64,000 nt of DNA. It comes from a virus (taxonomy: Duplodnaviria; Caudoviricetes). A program made the position numbers and the translations under genes. The notes beneath the pieces are model-generated. The model worked only from the letters and a program-made list of their open reading frames with translations, did not search any database and was not told the DNA's origin. The stretch is from the IMG/VR virus record IMGVR_UViG_2936514734_000001, positions 1 to 64,000 of that record. One strand, 5' to 3'. Position 1 is the first letter of the stretch, and each line of letters starts with the position of its first letter. Of this stretch, positions 1 to 9,975 are shown in pieces.

Positions 1-1
1 T

Positions 2-2488
2 CAAATAGCTGAACAAAACTATGCACTTGCTCAACAAGCAAAAGGGGTAGAAGCTGCACCTATTTATCAATTGCATAAATTGAAAAACATGACTATTGAG
101 CAAAATCTATCTGATATGGAACAAGTAGATACAATAGCTGGTTCCGCTCTTGATGCGTTCTATAGTGCATCTGAATTAGGAGGTATCTATGGTTTCTTAA
201 CCAAAACTGGTATTGGATATGAAGAATCATGGCGTGGTACAACACTTGCACCTTCAAGCTTGATGTCTTCTCCAAGTCGTGCGTTTTGGGATATGAACCT
301 TGGTGGTCTTGGAGGTTCATTATCAGAGATTGGTCGTCGTTATGTTCCTCGTGACCCTAACAAAGATTATTATTCTCCAATTCGAAATACAATGCCTGAT
401 TGGTTGCCTGGTCTAGGAGAACAAGAAGACTTTTTGCATGGTGACCCTTACACTAAAATTCAAAAAGGTGAAATAAGACTCCCAGGTAAAGCATATGAAA
501 AACTCTATAAGCTTCATCCAGATGGTACAGGTACAGGTGAGTTTGCAAACTACGGTGTTTTTGACCGCTTCCGTATTTTAGCTGATGTTGCGCCAGATAG
601 TGAACAATACAGTGTAGCTAAACACCAAGTTACATTGTTGAGACAAGCTGGTGGCATGACAGAGGATATGGAAAAAGAATTTGACGAAATCACAGATCAA
701 GTTCATAACAAGCAAGATACAATGCGTTGGTATGATAAGAAATTCTCTCATGCTGAAATTAAAAAAGAGACAGTTACTATCTCTAAAGTTATTGATGCAA
801 ATACCTTCATGGTTAGAGAGTATGATACACCAATCAAACTTGCAGGTGTTAAGCTGACTAAGAAAGACAACCAAGATGTTATTGATTGGCTTGGACAGTA
901 TTTAAAAGTAGGCGAAAAGATTAAAATCGGAGTTGCTGAAGATCCGGGTGCAAGGTACAACAATGACACTTATAACACGGTATCTGCTGTTGTTTATGCA
1001 AATAAAAATGAGGATGGCCGCTTCTGGTTTGAATCTAATAAAGGTCAATCACTGAATGCTCTTATTGCTAATCGTACATGGAATAAACCAGTTCAGATAA
1101 AAGATGATGGAAGTCCAACTTCAACTGCTGCTCTTTATTCTAATGATATGATTACAGTCGGTAAGTATATGGAGACATTAACACACGATATCTTACCTAA
1201 AGTACCTTTTGTCGGTATCTTAGCGGATAAGTTCTTACAAGTCCGAACTCCTGTTGAAAGCTATGAACGTGAACAGGTTTATGGTTCAGATTGGAGACCT
1301 TGGCAACATCCATATGAAGGATGGATTAAGCCAATGGTCAATACTGTTGCTTCTCAAAACCCATTAGTAGCGGGGGCTGAGATGGCCGCTATTGGTCATA
1401 TGTTTGGTCGAGGGACTAAGATGACAGGTTTAGGACGTGTTGCAGGATTCTTTATTGGTGCAGGTTTCGCTTCTCTGAGAGTGCTTGATGAACAAGCGGA
1501 AAAGGTAGTGCCGGGTGCTGATGGTGTATGGTTGCCTAAAGAACGTGAAAAAGAGCGTGAAATAAACGAGTACTTTGACCGTTTAAAATACGTTAAATAT
1601 CGAGGCCTATATGAGCAAGCACGAAAAATGGCAATGCAGGAAGAAGGCATTGATGTTGAAGAATTTTTCGATGCTGCCGCTGAAAAAGGCGAAAAAAATA
1701 AAGGTCTTAAGCGTTTCTTAACAGAGAAGAAAAGAATGTTGTCCTTCGCTAAAAAAATGGGTTATGGTGATACCGACGCCGTTAAGTCGCAAATTAGTGA
1801 ACTCTCCGACGGATTAGATGAAATCTCTTCCGCAAAAGAAGCGTATCAAGCAGGCAAATATACGTCACTTGCTATTAAATATCGTAAGGAGTATGAAGGT
1901 ACTTTCTATGGTATGGGTGAGTATGGTGCTTCTGATCGTACCGCGTTAATGAGAGCCTTAACACCAAAAGAGCGAGAATACATTCCTCGTTTCCTTGAAA
2001 CTACAGATAGCAAGGAACGCCAAGAGATTCTTAAATATGTTCCAAAAGACATTAAGAGAATCTTACAAGGTAGCTGGGGATTGAAGGTAGATAAACAAGA
2101 AAACATTAAAGCATATTTTGATGATCATTATCTACCAAGTGAAAATTGGGGTGGTTGGTCTGCAGGTGTAAACCTTGATGATATTAAAATTAAGGTAATG
2201 AAGAAAGAGGGCGTTAACCCTACTCAATCTGGTTATTGGGGTAAAGACCAAGCTAGAGCTGAAAAGTCAGGGCAGAAAGCAATTCCTATTCATTCGCTTA
2301 GCGGAAAAATCGATACCAATCGCTTAAATGAAGTGTTAGCAGGCATGGGACTATCTGATGTAGATGTCCAATTAACTACTTCTTATGGAGATGGACCGGG
2401 TGGAATTAATACCTCCATCAACATTTTAAATGATGTACACAATGAAATTGTTGATACAATCAATGACAGTGTACACTCACTTTTCTAA
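2..2488 (+). CDS. 5'-truncated large virion/ejected protein with a degenerate thermonuclease (SNase-like) domain and a glycine-rich hydrophobic segment
   Basis: Frame is open from position 2 (QIAEQNYALAQQ...), so the TTG at 71 is internal. SNase-like pattern TISKVIDANTFMV...IKLAGVKL...DTYNTVSAVVY lacks the DGDT, R and DxPE residues. Hydrophobic segment LGRVAGFFIGAGFASL. Confidence 0.6.
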   Translation, partial: QIAEQNYALAQQAKGVEAAPIYQLHKLKNMTIEQNLSDMEQVDTIAGSALDAFYSASELGGIYGFLTKTGIGYEESWRGTTLAPSSLMSSPSRAFWDMNLGGLGGSLSEIGRRYVPRDPNKDYYSPIRNTMPDWLPGLGEQEDFLHGDPYTKIQKGEIRLPGKAYEKLYKLHPDGTGTGEFANYGVFDRFRILADVAPDSEQYSVAKHQVTLLRQAGGMTEDMEKEFDEITDQVHNKQDTMRWYDKKFSHAEIKKETVTISKVIDANTFMVREYDTPIKLAGVKLTKKDNQDVIDWLGQYLKVGEKIKIGVAEDPGARYNNDTYNTVSAVVYANKNEDGRFWFESNKGQSLNALIANRTWNKPVQIKDDGSPTSTAALYSNDMITVGKYMETLTHDILPKVPFVGILADKFLQVRTPVESYEREQVYGSDWRPWQHPYEGWIKPMVNTVASQNPLVAGAEMAAIGHMFGRGTKMTGLGRVAGFFIGAGFASLRVLDEQAEKVVPGADGVWLPKEREKEREINEYFDRLKYVKYRGLYEQARKMAMQEEGIDVEEFFDAAAEKGEKNKGLKRFLTEKKRMLSFAKKMGYGDTDAVKSQISELSDGLDEISSAKEAYQAGKYTSLAIKYRKEYEGTFYGMGEYGASDRTALMRALTPKEREYIPRFLETTDSKERQEILKYVPKDIKRILQGSWGLKVDKQENIKAYFDDHYLPSENWGGWSAGVNLDDIKIKVMKKEGVNPTQSGYWGKDQARAEKSGQKAIPIHSLSGKIDTNRLNEVLAGMGLSDVDVQLTTSYGDGPGGINTSINILNDVHNEIVDTINDSVHSLF

Positions 2489-2496
2489 ACACATAA

Positions 2497-2535
2497 AACG
2501 GCGCTCATTCTTTTTAGGATGGCGTCGTTATTTTT
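2497..2535 (+). terminator. Intrinsic terminator-like hairpin
   Basis: aacggcgc...gcgtcgtt stem followed by attttt, just after a stop codon. Confidence 0.55.
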
Positions 2536-2553
2536 ATAGGAGGGTATTTATAT

Positions 2554-5500
2554 ATGGATGAAATCAAACGCGTACCTCTGAAAAACAGAAACTTATTGCC
2601 TGTATTCGAATCAGCTGATGGTTCCGGTACTATTAAAATGTTAAATGAACAAGAAAGAACCGCTGCTAAACAAAGACAAGAAGCGGTTTCTCAAACATAC
2701 AATGCACTTATAGAATCACACCGAATTAAGTCTATGGGGATATGGGAATCAGCACGTACTCCAAATGGCTTTAATGTAAATGCTCAACAAGCTTTAGATC
2801 CCTTTATGAAATTAAAGGCAAAAGAGAATGTGAGCTTCTTTGATATTGAAGCAATTGGTACTCCTGAGCATATGAGAAAAGGCACAAAAGGTCTTGATTT
2901 ATTTGCTATTACCGAATTGTCTTTCGGTGGAACGCAATTTACGGGTAAGGACTTTGTTAGCAATAAAGGCCAAATCATGTCATTAGCGATTGCACCAGGA
3001 AAACATGAGTATGAACGGTTAAAATCACAAATTAATCAGTTGAAGCAAAATCCTATGATGTCTATTTCTCAAGATATGCACCGTACACTACTTGATCTTT
3101 CTAAGTACTCAGATGATAAAAAGTTTCAGCGTTTCACAAAGACAGGTGAAAGACTACTTCAAGATGGTAAAGAATATACTCTTTTGTCTGGACATGCTCG
3201 TGTTCCGGCTGCTAATACGGCTTTTACACGAAATACAGTTGAAGAAATTGAAGCAGGGTTAAATAACCTATATAAGCATGGAACTAAGCTCAAGGATGCC
3301 CTCTCTATCTTCAAAACACATATTGAATCTACAGATTCAAAATTAGGTGGATACAATATTCATCATTATGATCTTCCAGCTATACTGGGATCAATAAAGG
3401 ATAAGGATACTAAAGACTTCTTTACTGCCGCTTCTAAAAACTCACTAGATTTTTATCACGGATACTCCGCTACTGCTAAAGACCCTTATTCTCTAACGGG
3501 TGCGAGTTTACGGCAAGAACATATCCACCAAAGTTTATTGAATAAAAAAGTTATTAAGGGAGCTCAAAACAAATACCTTTATCACTTGGCCAAAGATGAT
3601 ATTCAAGCGAATATTGATATTGCTGGATTCACTTACAATCAAATTAATAAGTTTATTGAAGAAGATAAAAAATCTCCTGCAGATTATGCTCTTACCCCAT
3701 CTACCTTAAAAACCGATATTCTTCAACAAGGACAGGAATTGTTCTCTTTTCAAAGTGGTTTCTTTGATAAAGATAAACATAAGTACAATTTAGTTGCTAC
3801 AGCACAAGAAGATGGTAAATTAAAGCCACGTTGGTCAAACCTCAACACATCTCTTCCTTCAAATGAAAGCTTCATCATTAATGAATTCCTAAAAGATGTA
3901 CCTCTTCCTGGAACTGATAAAACAGGCTATGGAGTAAGACTTGATTCTAAGGATATTAAAGGGAAAAGTCTTCTATTGATGTCGGAAACTCAAGAAGATT
4001 TAGCACAGCAAATACATGGCTCATTTGTTCCATTAAATGATGAAATCGGAAAGGGACTTAGAGATTTAAAAGTAAAACACGATGCATCATTCCGTGAGTA
4101 TGAAAGAATGTTCGACAGTAATGGCTGGAAGAAAATGAATGAGTACTATGGATACCTAAATAGTGCTGGTGAAGTAGGGAAAGATTTTGACTGGACTAAA
4201 CATGTACTAGCGAATGGTGGTACAGAAGAACTTGCAATTAAGTTTCCTCACATGGTTGAAAGATTAAAAGGAGAACGACAAATTTGGCAAAAGGTGCAGG
4301 AGCAATTAGCTCAATCCAGATTAGATGACAACCAAAAATCTATTGCTCTACGACACTTTAAAAACAAATTTGATCAACTAGGTGATAACAAAGCAGAAGT
4401 ATCTGCCGAAGGAAATAAGTTCTTTAACTTTAAGTTTGGTAAAAGCGATGAAACTATTTTTAACGCTAAAAATACAGACCAAATAAAGAATGCTTTCAGA
4501 AGCTATATCCGAGGAAGCAAACGTGGAGATCGTGTAGGAGAACCTGAAAAATCTTACAAGATAGCTCGCATTGATGAATTAAGTAATTTTGTTCTTGATA
4601 ACTTTGGCTTTGAAAAAGATAGCGTAGAGGCCAATAAGGTCAGAGCTATTGCAGATGGAATGAAAAGTGAGGTTTATTCAGGTAATAAAATTGAAACTGC
4701 TTTAACAAGTATCTCTAACTTTGTTCGTGATCATGTGGAGTCAAAAGGAAAAAGTAGCTTTGTACGTGAGGTAACAAATGAAGTAACTAGTAATCGCTTA
4801 TCAGCCATTTCAAAGCTTCAAGAGAAGTTACCGGAAGTACTACAGGAAAGTATTCAGCATTCACAATCGTACTCCAAAGCTAAAGAAGCTATTAATGGAA
4901 ATTCGAAATTAAAGAACTTCCTTCAACAGCAAGATAAATACATCAAGCAATTGTTCGCTAAAAACTTTGGTGCACATGGCATGAATGATCCTGAAAGCAT
5001 TCATAAAGCAAGTCGTATGGCTTCTAAGTATGAAGATTTAGTAGGGAAAATCATGTCTGCCTATAGTAATGATTTTAATACTCAAATCCGTTTCACTGAA
5101 GAAGGAAAACCTTTATTCGTTTTAGCAGATAAGAAAAGCGGAATGGATTTAAGTCAAATTAAGACATATGAAGAATTAGTTAATAATGCAAAAGTGGCCG
5201 CTATTGAGTTACCACATTTCGATGAAGACTTAAAAGTAAGATATGGTGGAAATCGAAAAGCAGCGGTTATCCGTTCAGGTGTTAGTAATTCTAAGGGTGT
5301 TTATCATAGCACTACCGTTACCGATGCATTAAATATGATTCTTGATTACTCAAAAAAAGCCAAAGAACTAGCTGAGATTGCAGAAGGAACTGGACGAAAA
5401 AATCAGTTTGTTGAAATCAGACAAGGGCTTCGTTATAGAGTTGGTAGACAAGTAGACCCTGTTCCTACAGATGCTAACCGTAAGTTAAGCTTCGACGATA

Positions 5501-8500
5501 AAGAAATGTTTGAACTAAAATCTGCAATTAGTGGAGAAGTTCGTTCAAGTAAATGGGATATTACAGGCTATGCTGAATCTTGGTATCGTCAAAATTCTAA
5601 GCGTTTAGGTTTACATGCGACAGCAGATGTAATTGCTGAAAACGCAAAAGAAAAAGGTATCTCTTTCTATGAAGCAATGGGGCCACGAGCTCAAGGTTAC
5701 GCAACTAGCGGTGGATTACTTGAACATGCTAAAAACATGTCTGGATTAAAAGGAAGTATGTTTGGTATCAACAACCGTTCTGCTTCTAGAGGATATGTTG
5801 GTACGGCATTAACTGATGCTCGTACTTATATGGCATTAGGTAACTACTATTCTGATTCTGTAGAGAACCCGCACAAAACGGTAAACTACAGAGCTGTTGA
5901 TAAAGAATATGCTGACAAAGCTTTGAGCAAAGCGGGGAAAAATCAATCGTTCCGTACAAATAACAGCTTTGTTTCATCTGCTGCTTATAAGGCATTGAAA
6001 GATGGCGAAGAGATACGTGGTATCACAATGCAAACTGGTTACATGACCGATGAAGAGATTGCTCTTAAATTAAAAGATGCAAACAATATTTCTCGCTATA
6101 AACAGATGATTGATAAAGCTGAACGTAAAAATCAACTTTCTCCAAAAGAAGCTAAGCAAATGAAAAAAGCTTTAGATATGGGGATGCTTTCTACAAGTGA
6201 AGGTCTTGCATTTATGGATCATACCTTATTGAAAGCCTTTGATGGTATGGATGAAGTGCGTGTCAATATGAACGCTGACGATGTTAGATTCAATAATTCT
6301 ATTGAAGCAGCTATTGAAAAAGAAGCTGAGAAACAAGGTCTTGGTAATGGGCTCTGGAAAGAAAAAGGAGTCACTTTTGAAAAGCCTGTAAAAATTGATG
6401 TATCAGACATGATGGATGAAAAGGATACGTTGACTCTAGGTAAGTACTGGAACAACAACATCGAGAACACCATTGTGGATGAAAAACGTTTCCGTAAGGG
6501 AGATAAAGTTCATATTCTTGGGTTCAGTGCAGATGATATTGCTAAGAAATCACTAATTCTTGGCAGGGAACGTAAGACAGGTCAAGGTTTCAAAGCGGTT
6601 ACTGAAGGTGGATTCCGTGCTACTATGACACCTATGCTCAGTGAGATCATGAGTGATCTTTATGGTGTAGAAGGAGTAGAGCAAGTTATTTCCCATCTTG
6701 GAGAGAAAAAAGGAGCTACAGATTTACCTGCTTTAATCCGTGGTTACGATACTCAAATTCGTCAACAATTTAGCGGTACAGCATCTAAGAAGATTGAAGG
6801 TTATTCTTCTGAAGAAGAAGCATTAGCCGCTTTCTATAAAGATGTTGAAGATATGGTTGGTATTAAAACAACTAACAGAGAAGGGCAATATGTTGTAGAT
6901 TCAAACTTTGGTTTAGATGGAAAGCAAATTAAGTACGAAGATCGCCAACGACTTTCTGAAAAATGGAAAGGCGAATTGGGTCTAAACCGTGAAGTATTTG
7001 CCGACATTACAATGGCTCACGATGTATGGAATCGTCAAGGTGGAAAAGATCGAGGCAAAATCACTGTTAAAGAGATTGACATGTTGGACCGCTCATATAT
7101 ACGTACTGGTTTGTATGCTCCAGGTGAAACCTCTGCTCATGCAAGCTTTATGCGTGATATGGTATATGGTTCTCAGACTACTCCAGAAATAAAAGCTCAG
7201 AAAAAAGTCTTCTCTGAAATGGTTAAAGCTGTTGGGAATTATGAAGATGGCTGGACACCAAAAGCAGGAGATGCTGTTATTGATTATACTACTGATGGTA
7301 TGGGATTAATGACAGATGTGAACGCACAATTAAAAGACGGTGTGCTTCATGTGAGTAAGGACTCTTTCCAGCCTGTTCCTCAAAAATCAGGTCATAATCA
7401 AACCTTCACAGTTGGTGATTATAACAAAACCATTATTAATGCAGGAGCTATGGAAGTTAAGCTTGAAGCTGGTGGAGAAGGTAAGAAGCTTCAGAACTAC
7501 CTTATGGAGCACAAAGGAACAGCTTACTTAAAGTTGCCTGAATTCGCTGCTAATCAATATGTTCCTCTTCTTGATACTGAATCAATGAAACTGCCTGGTG
7601 ACGTAAACTTTGTTGAGAAAACAGAGTTCTTGGATACTCTTAAAGGTCATTATGCTAATATCTCTCGCAAAACAGAAGAATACAATAATCTTTTTGTGAA
7701 TGATAAATTCTCTGAAGCTCAAGTCGCTGAACGTCGTGGAGTACTAGAGAAAGAAATCAATCGAGAAGTATCTAATCTTATTACTACTTTAGGTGATTCT
7801 ACATCTAAAGAAGGAATGTCTAAGATTATGGCAAGACGTCTGCCAATGTCTTCTCAGTATCAATTTGGAAGCGTAAACCCGGCTTTAGCCTATCAGAAAG
7901 ATGATGGCAAGTGGGTAAATAACGGCATTGTAAAAGAAGGCGAAATCTACATGAATGAAAAAGATATTCGTAACTTAGTAGGCGATAAAGCTGAAAACAT
8001 TGCGAAGTCTTGGAATGTAGATGTTGATAACATCAAGGCGTCTGATGTCGGATTAAAACAGAGAAAAAATGAAAATAATGAAGCCTTTAAAAATCGTGTA
8101 ACTACAGAGTATGTAATGAAAAACTGGAACCAAAATGACACATTCTCTACTACGATTCGTTATCCATCAATTGACGTGGGAACCACTCAAGCTTTAAAAG
8201 TAAAAATGAGTGATGCTGTTGGCGAAGGACAAGTAGTTGGTTTACGAGGTATGGCTGAACGTATCTCTGGTGACTTTGATGGAGATAATCTAGCTGTCTT
8301 CCTTACTCATTATGGAATTGATGACGAGAAACAGCGTGAAGCTGTATTGAAAGATGTAACAAAATTGCATGATTTCGATAAAGCAAAGAACGAATTAGCG
8401 GCTGATGTCATTATGAACAAAATGGAGAAAGACTTCCGGACTAACCTTTCTGAAGCAACTGGACTTGATGTAAACCACAAAGACATCTCAAAAGTAACAG

Positions 8501-9915
8501 ACCGCTTCTTCTCAGGTGAAAATATTGCAAAAGACCTGACACTAGGTAATTTACATGGTTCACAGGCAGAAGAAACAATCCAAAAAGCCCTCTCTAGTAG
8601 CGGAGCATATGAAGATTGGGGTACTGTTAAAAATGGTAAGTTTGGTTTAGGTGAAGCTGAGCATGAAAAATCCATTTTAGCTCGTGCTACTTCAACCACT
8701 ATCGGTAGTGTAGATAATACTCGTATGAGAATGTCAGCTGCATTCATGACAATGGCTGAAACAAAATATAAGTTATTTAATGATGCAGAAGGTCCAGCTA
8801 AGTACACGAAACAAGACTATGTACGAGAAACCGGTATGGTTGATGAATTCTTGCGTGAGTATTCTCAGAAATCTATTTCCGCTAAAAAAGTAGAAGGTTC
8901 TGACTCTACTGCTGAAGACATCATGAAGGATCTTTACAAGATGATTGATGATGTTAATAATCCGAGCAACAAACTGGATTATGATACAGCGGCCGCTCAA
9001 CTTGTTGATCGAGGACTATTCAAAAATGAGCCTTTCTTAGAAATTGGAAAAGGGGAAGTCTACAAAGGTTCAAGTCATGAGTTCATTAAGAAATCCCTAT
9101 CTATCTTAGGTGGAGCTGAAGAAGCTTACTCAGAAATGGGTATCAAGGGTTATAGAGAATCTAGCTTACTTGTAGCTGCTTCTCAAGGTATTGGGTTTCA
9201 CAACTTCTCTCACATGGTTAAAACAGGTGAACATATTCCTGGCATGGATGCTGTTAATGAGATTAGTAATATTGCTAAAGAATACGGCAATGACAGAATG
9301 GCTAAACATCAAGAATTCTTTGAGAAAACAGTTGAGCGTGTTCATGAACGTAGAGCAGCTAACGTATCTGGTCGATTAGAAGATGCAAGTAGCTCTTTAG
9401 AAATCATGAATAGTAACAAGCATGTAGAGCCTAAAATCCTAGAGAATAGTGCAATGCCTATCCATAAAACAATACGTGACCAAATGGATGATTCATTTGC
9501 AGAATTAGCTACAGCTGCAAAACATACCTTCCATGGTTCTGCTGCTAGTTTAGCAGGGGTAGGTGCATTAGGTTTTGGAGCAATATGGGCAACTAATGCT
9601 TTAACAAAGAACGCACCAACACCAGAAGGATTGCAGGAAATGGCTCCTGTAAATCCAGAGGTGCTAGGAGCTCCTACAGCCCGCGTAACGCCGAATCAAA
9701 ACGGTGAATATATAAATATATCTATTAGTGCAAAAGCCGCTCAGCGCCTAGATCATAACGATTTGGCAGCCATGATTAACAATGAAGTCATGAGCATGTC
9801 GAATGTTAAGATGAACACCAGTGTAAATGTAAATGACAATTCTAAAAAGATTGATCGAAACTGGTTGGAGGGAGCTGTTGCAAATGCAATGAATAATGGT
9901 TATGCATATAAATAG
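2554..9915 (+). CDS. Single-polypeptide two-barrel RNA polymerase (beta+beta'-like) with N-terminal DEDDh 3'-5' exonuclease; probable virion RNA polymerase
   Basis: TIRYPSI...QA...ISGDFDGDNLAV aligns with beta' NRAPTL...QA...NADFDGDQMAV; GFKAVTEGGFRA aligns with beta GDKMAGRHGNKG; exonuclease motifs FFDIE, GYNIHHYD and HLAKDD; RBS aggaggg. Confidence 0.85.
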   Translation: MDEIKRVPLKNRNLLPVFESADGSGTIKMLNEQERTAAKQRQEAVSQTYNALIESHRIKSMGIWESARTPNGFNVNAQQALDPFMKLKAKENVSFFDIEAIGTPEHMRKGTKGLDLFAITELSFGGTQFTGKDFVSNKGQIMSLAIAPGKHEYERLKSQINQLKQNPMMSISQDMHRTLLDLSKYSDDKKFQRFTKTGERLLQDGKEYTLLSGHARVPAANTAFTRNTVEEIEAGLNNLYKHGTKLKDALSIFKTHIESTDSKLGGYNIHHYDLPAILGSIKDKDTKDFFTAASKNSLDFYHGYSATAKDPYSLTGASLRQEHIHQSLLNKKVIKGAQNKYLYHLAKDDIQANIDIAGFTYNQINKFIEEDKKSPADYALTPSTLKTDILQQGQELFSFQSGFFDKDKHKYNLVATAQEDGKLKPRWSNLNTSLPSNESFIINEFLKDVPLPGTDKTGYGVRLDSKDIKGKSLLLMSETQEDLAQQIHGSFVPLNDEIGKGLRDLKVKHDASFREYERMFDSNGWKKMNEYYGYLNSAGEVGKDFDWTKHVLANGGTEELAIKFPHMVERLKGERQIWQKVQEQLAQSRLDDNQKSIALRHFKNKFDQLGDNKAEVSAEGNKFFNFKFGKSDETIFNAKNTDQIKNAFRSYIRGSKRGDRVGEPEKSYKIARIDELSNFVLDNFGFEKDSVEANKVRAIADGMKSEVYSGNKIETALTSISNFVRDHVESKGKSSFVREVTNEVTSNRLSAISKLQEKLPEVLQESIQHSQSYSKAKEAINGNSKLKNFLQQQDKYIKQLFAKNFGAHGMNDPESIHKASRMASKYEDLVGKIMSAYSNDFNTQIRFTEEGKPLFVLADKKSGMDLSQIKTYEELVNNAKVAAIELPHFDEDLKVRYGGNRKAAVIRSGVSNSKGVYHSTTVTDALNMILDYSKKAKELAEIAEGTGRKNQFVEIRQGLRYRVGRQVDPVPTDANRKLSFDDKEMFELKSAISGEVRSSKWDITGYAESWYRQNSKRLGLHATADVIAENAKEKGISFYEAMGPRAQGYATSGGLLEHAKNMSGLKGSMFGINNRSASRGYVGTALTDARTYMALGNYYSDSVENPHKTVNYRAVDKEYADKALSKAGKNQSFRTNNSFVSSAAYKALKDGEEIRGITMQTGYMTDEEIALKLKDANNISRYKQMIDKAERKNQLSPKEAKQMKKALDMGMLSTSEGLAFMDHTLLKAFDGMDEVRVNMNADDVRFNNSIEAAIEKEAEKQGLGNGLWKEKGVTFEKPVKIDVSDMMDEKDTLTLGKYWNNNIENTIVDEKRFRKGDKVHILGFSADDIAKKSLILGRERKTGQGFKAVTEGGFRATMTPMLSEIMSDLYGVEGVEQVISHLGEKKGATDLPALIRGYDTQIRQQFSGTASKKIEGYSSEEEALAAFYKDVEDMVGIKTTNREGQYVVDSNFGLDGKQIKYEDRQRLSEKWKGELGLNREVFADITMAHDVWNRQGGKDRGKITVKEIDMLDRSYIRTGLYAPGETSAHASFMRDMVYGSQTTPEIKAQKKVFSEMVKAVGNYEDGWTPKAGDAVIDYTTDGMGLMTDVNAQLKDGVLHVSKDSFQPVPQKSGHNQTFTVGDYNKTIINAGAMEVKLEAGGEGKKLQNYLMEHKGTAYLKLPEFAANQYVPLLDTESMKLPGDVNFVEKTEFLDTLKGHYANISRKTEEYNNLFVNDKFSEAQVAERRGVLEKEINREVSNLITTLGDSTSKEGMSKIMARRLPMSSQYQFGSVNPALAYQKDDGKWVNNGIVKEGEIYMNEKDIRNLVGDKAENIAKSWNVDVDNIKASDVGLKQRKNENNEAFKNRVTTEYVMKNWNQNDTFSTTIRYPSIDVGTTQALKVKMSDAVGEGQVVGLRGMAERISGDFDGDNLAVFLTHYGIDDEKQREAVLKDVTKLHDFDKAKNELAADVIMNKMEKDFRTNLSEATGLDVNHKDISKVTDRFFSGENIAKDLTLGNLHGSQAEETIQKALSSSGAYEDWGTVKNGKFGLGEAEHEKSILARATSTTIGSVDNTRMRMSAAFMTMAETKYKLFNDAEGPAKYTKQDYVRETGMVDEFLREYSQKSISAKKVEGSDSTAEDIMKDLYKMIDDVNNPSNKLDYDTAAAQLVDRGLFKNEPFLEIGKGEVYKGSSHEFIKKSLSILGGAEEAYSEMGIKGYRESSLLVAASQGIGFHNFSHMVKTGEHIPGMDAVNEISNIAKEYGNDRMAKHQEFFEKTVERVHERRAANVSGRLEDASSSLEIMNSNKHVEPKILENSAMPIHKTIRDQMDDSFAELATAAKHTFHGSAASLAGVGALGFGAIWATNALTKNAPTPEGLQEMAPVNPEVLGAPTARVTPNQNGEYINISISAKAAQRLDHNDLAAMINNEVMSMSNVKMNTSVNVNDNSKKIDRNWLEGAVANAMNNGYAYK

Positions 9916-9917
9916 AC

Positions 9918-9955
9918 AGAAGAGAGTTAACTTTTTGTTAGCTCTTTTCTTTTAT
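9918..9955 (+). terminator. Intrinsic terminator-like hairpin
   Basis: agaagagagttaac-ttttt-gttagctcttttct followed by ttt. Confidence 0.65.
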
Positions 9956-9975
9956 CAGAAAAAAGAGGTGAGCAC

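Noticed and set aside
2554-9915. DNA polymerase assignment based on the DEDD exonuclease
   Set aside because: No family A, B or C polymerase motifs were recognised; the downstream motifs match two-barrel RNA polymerases.
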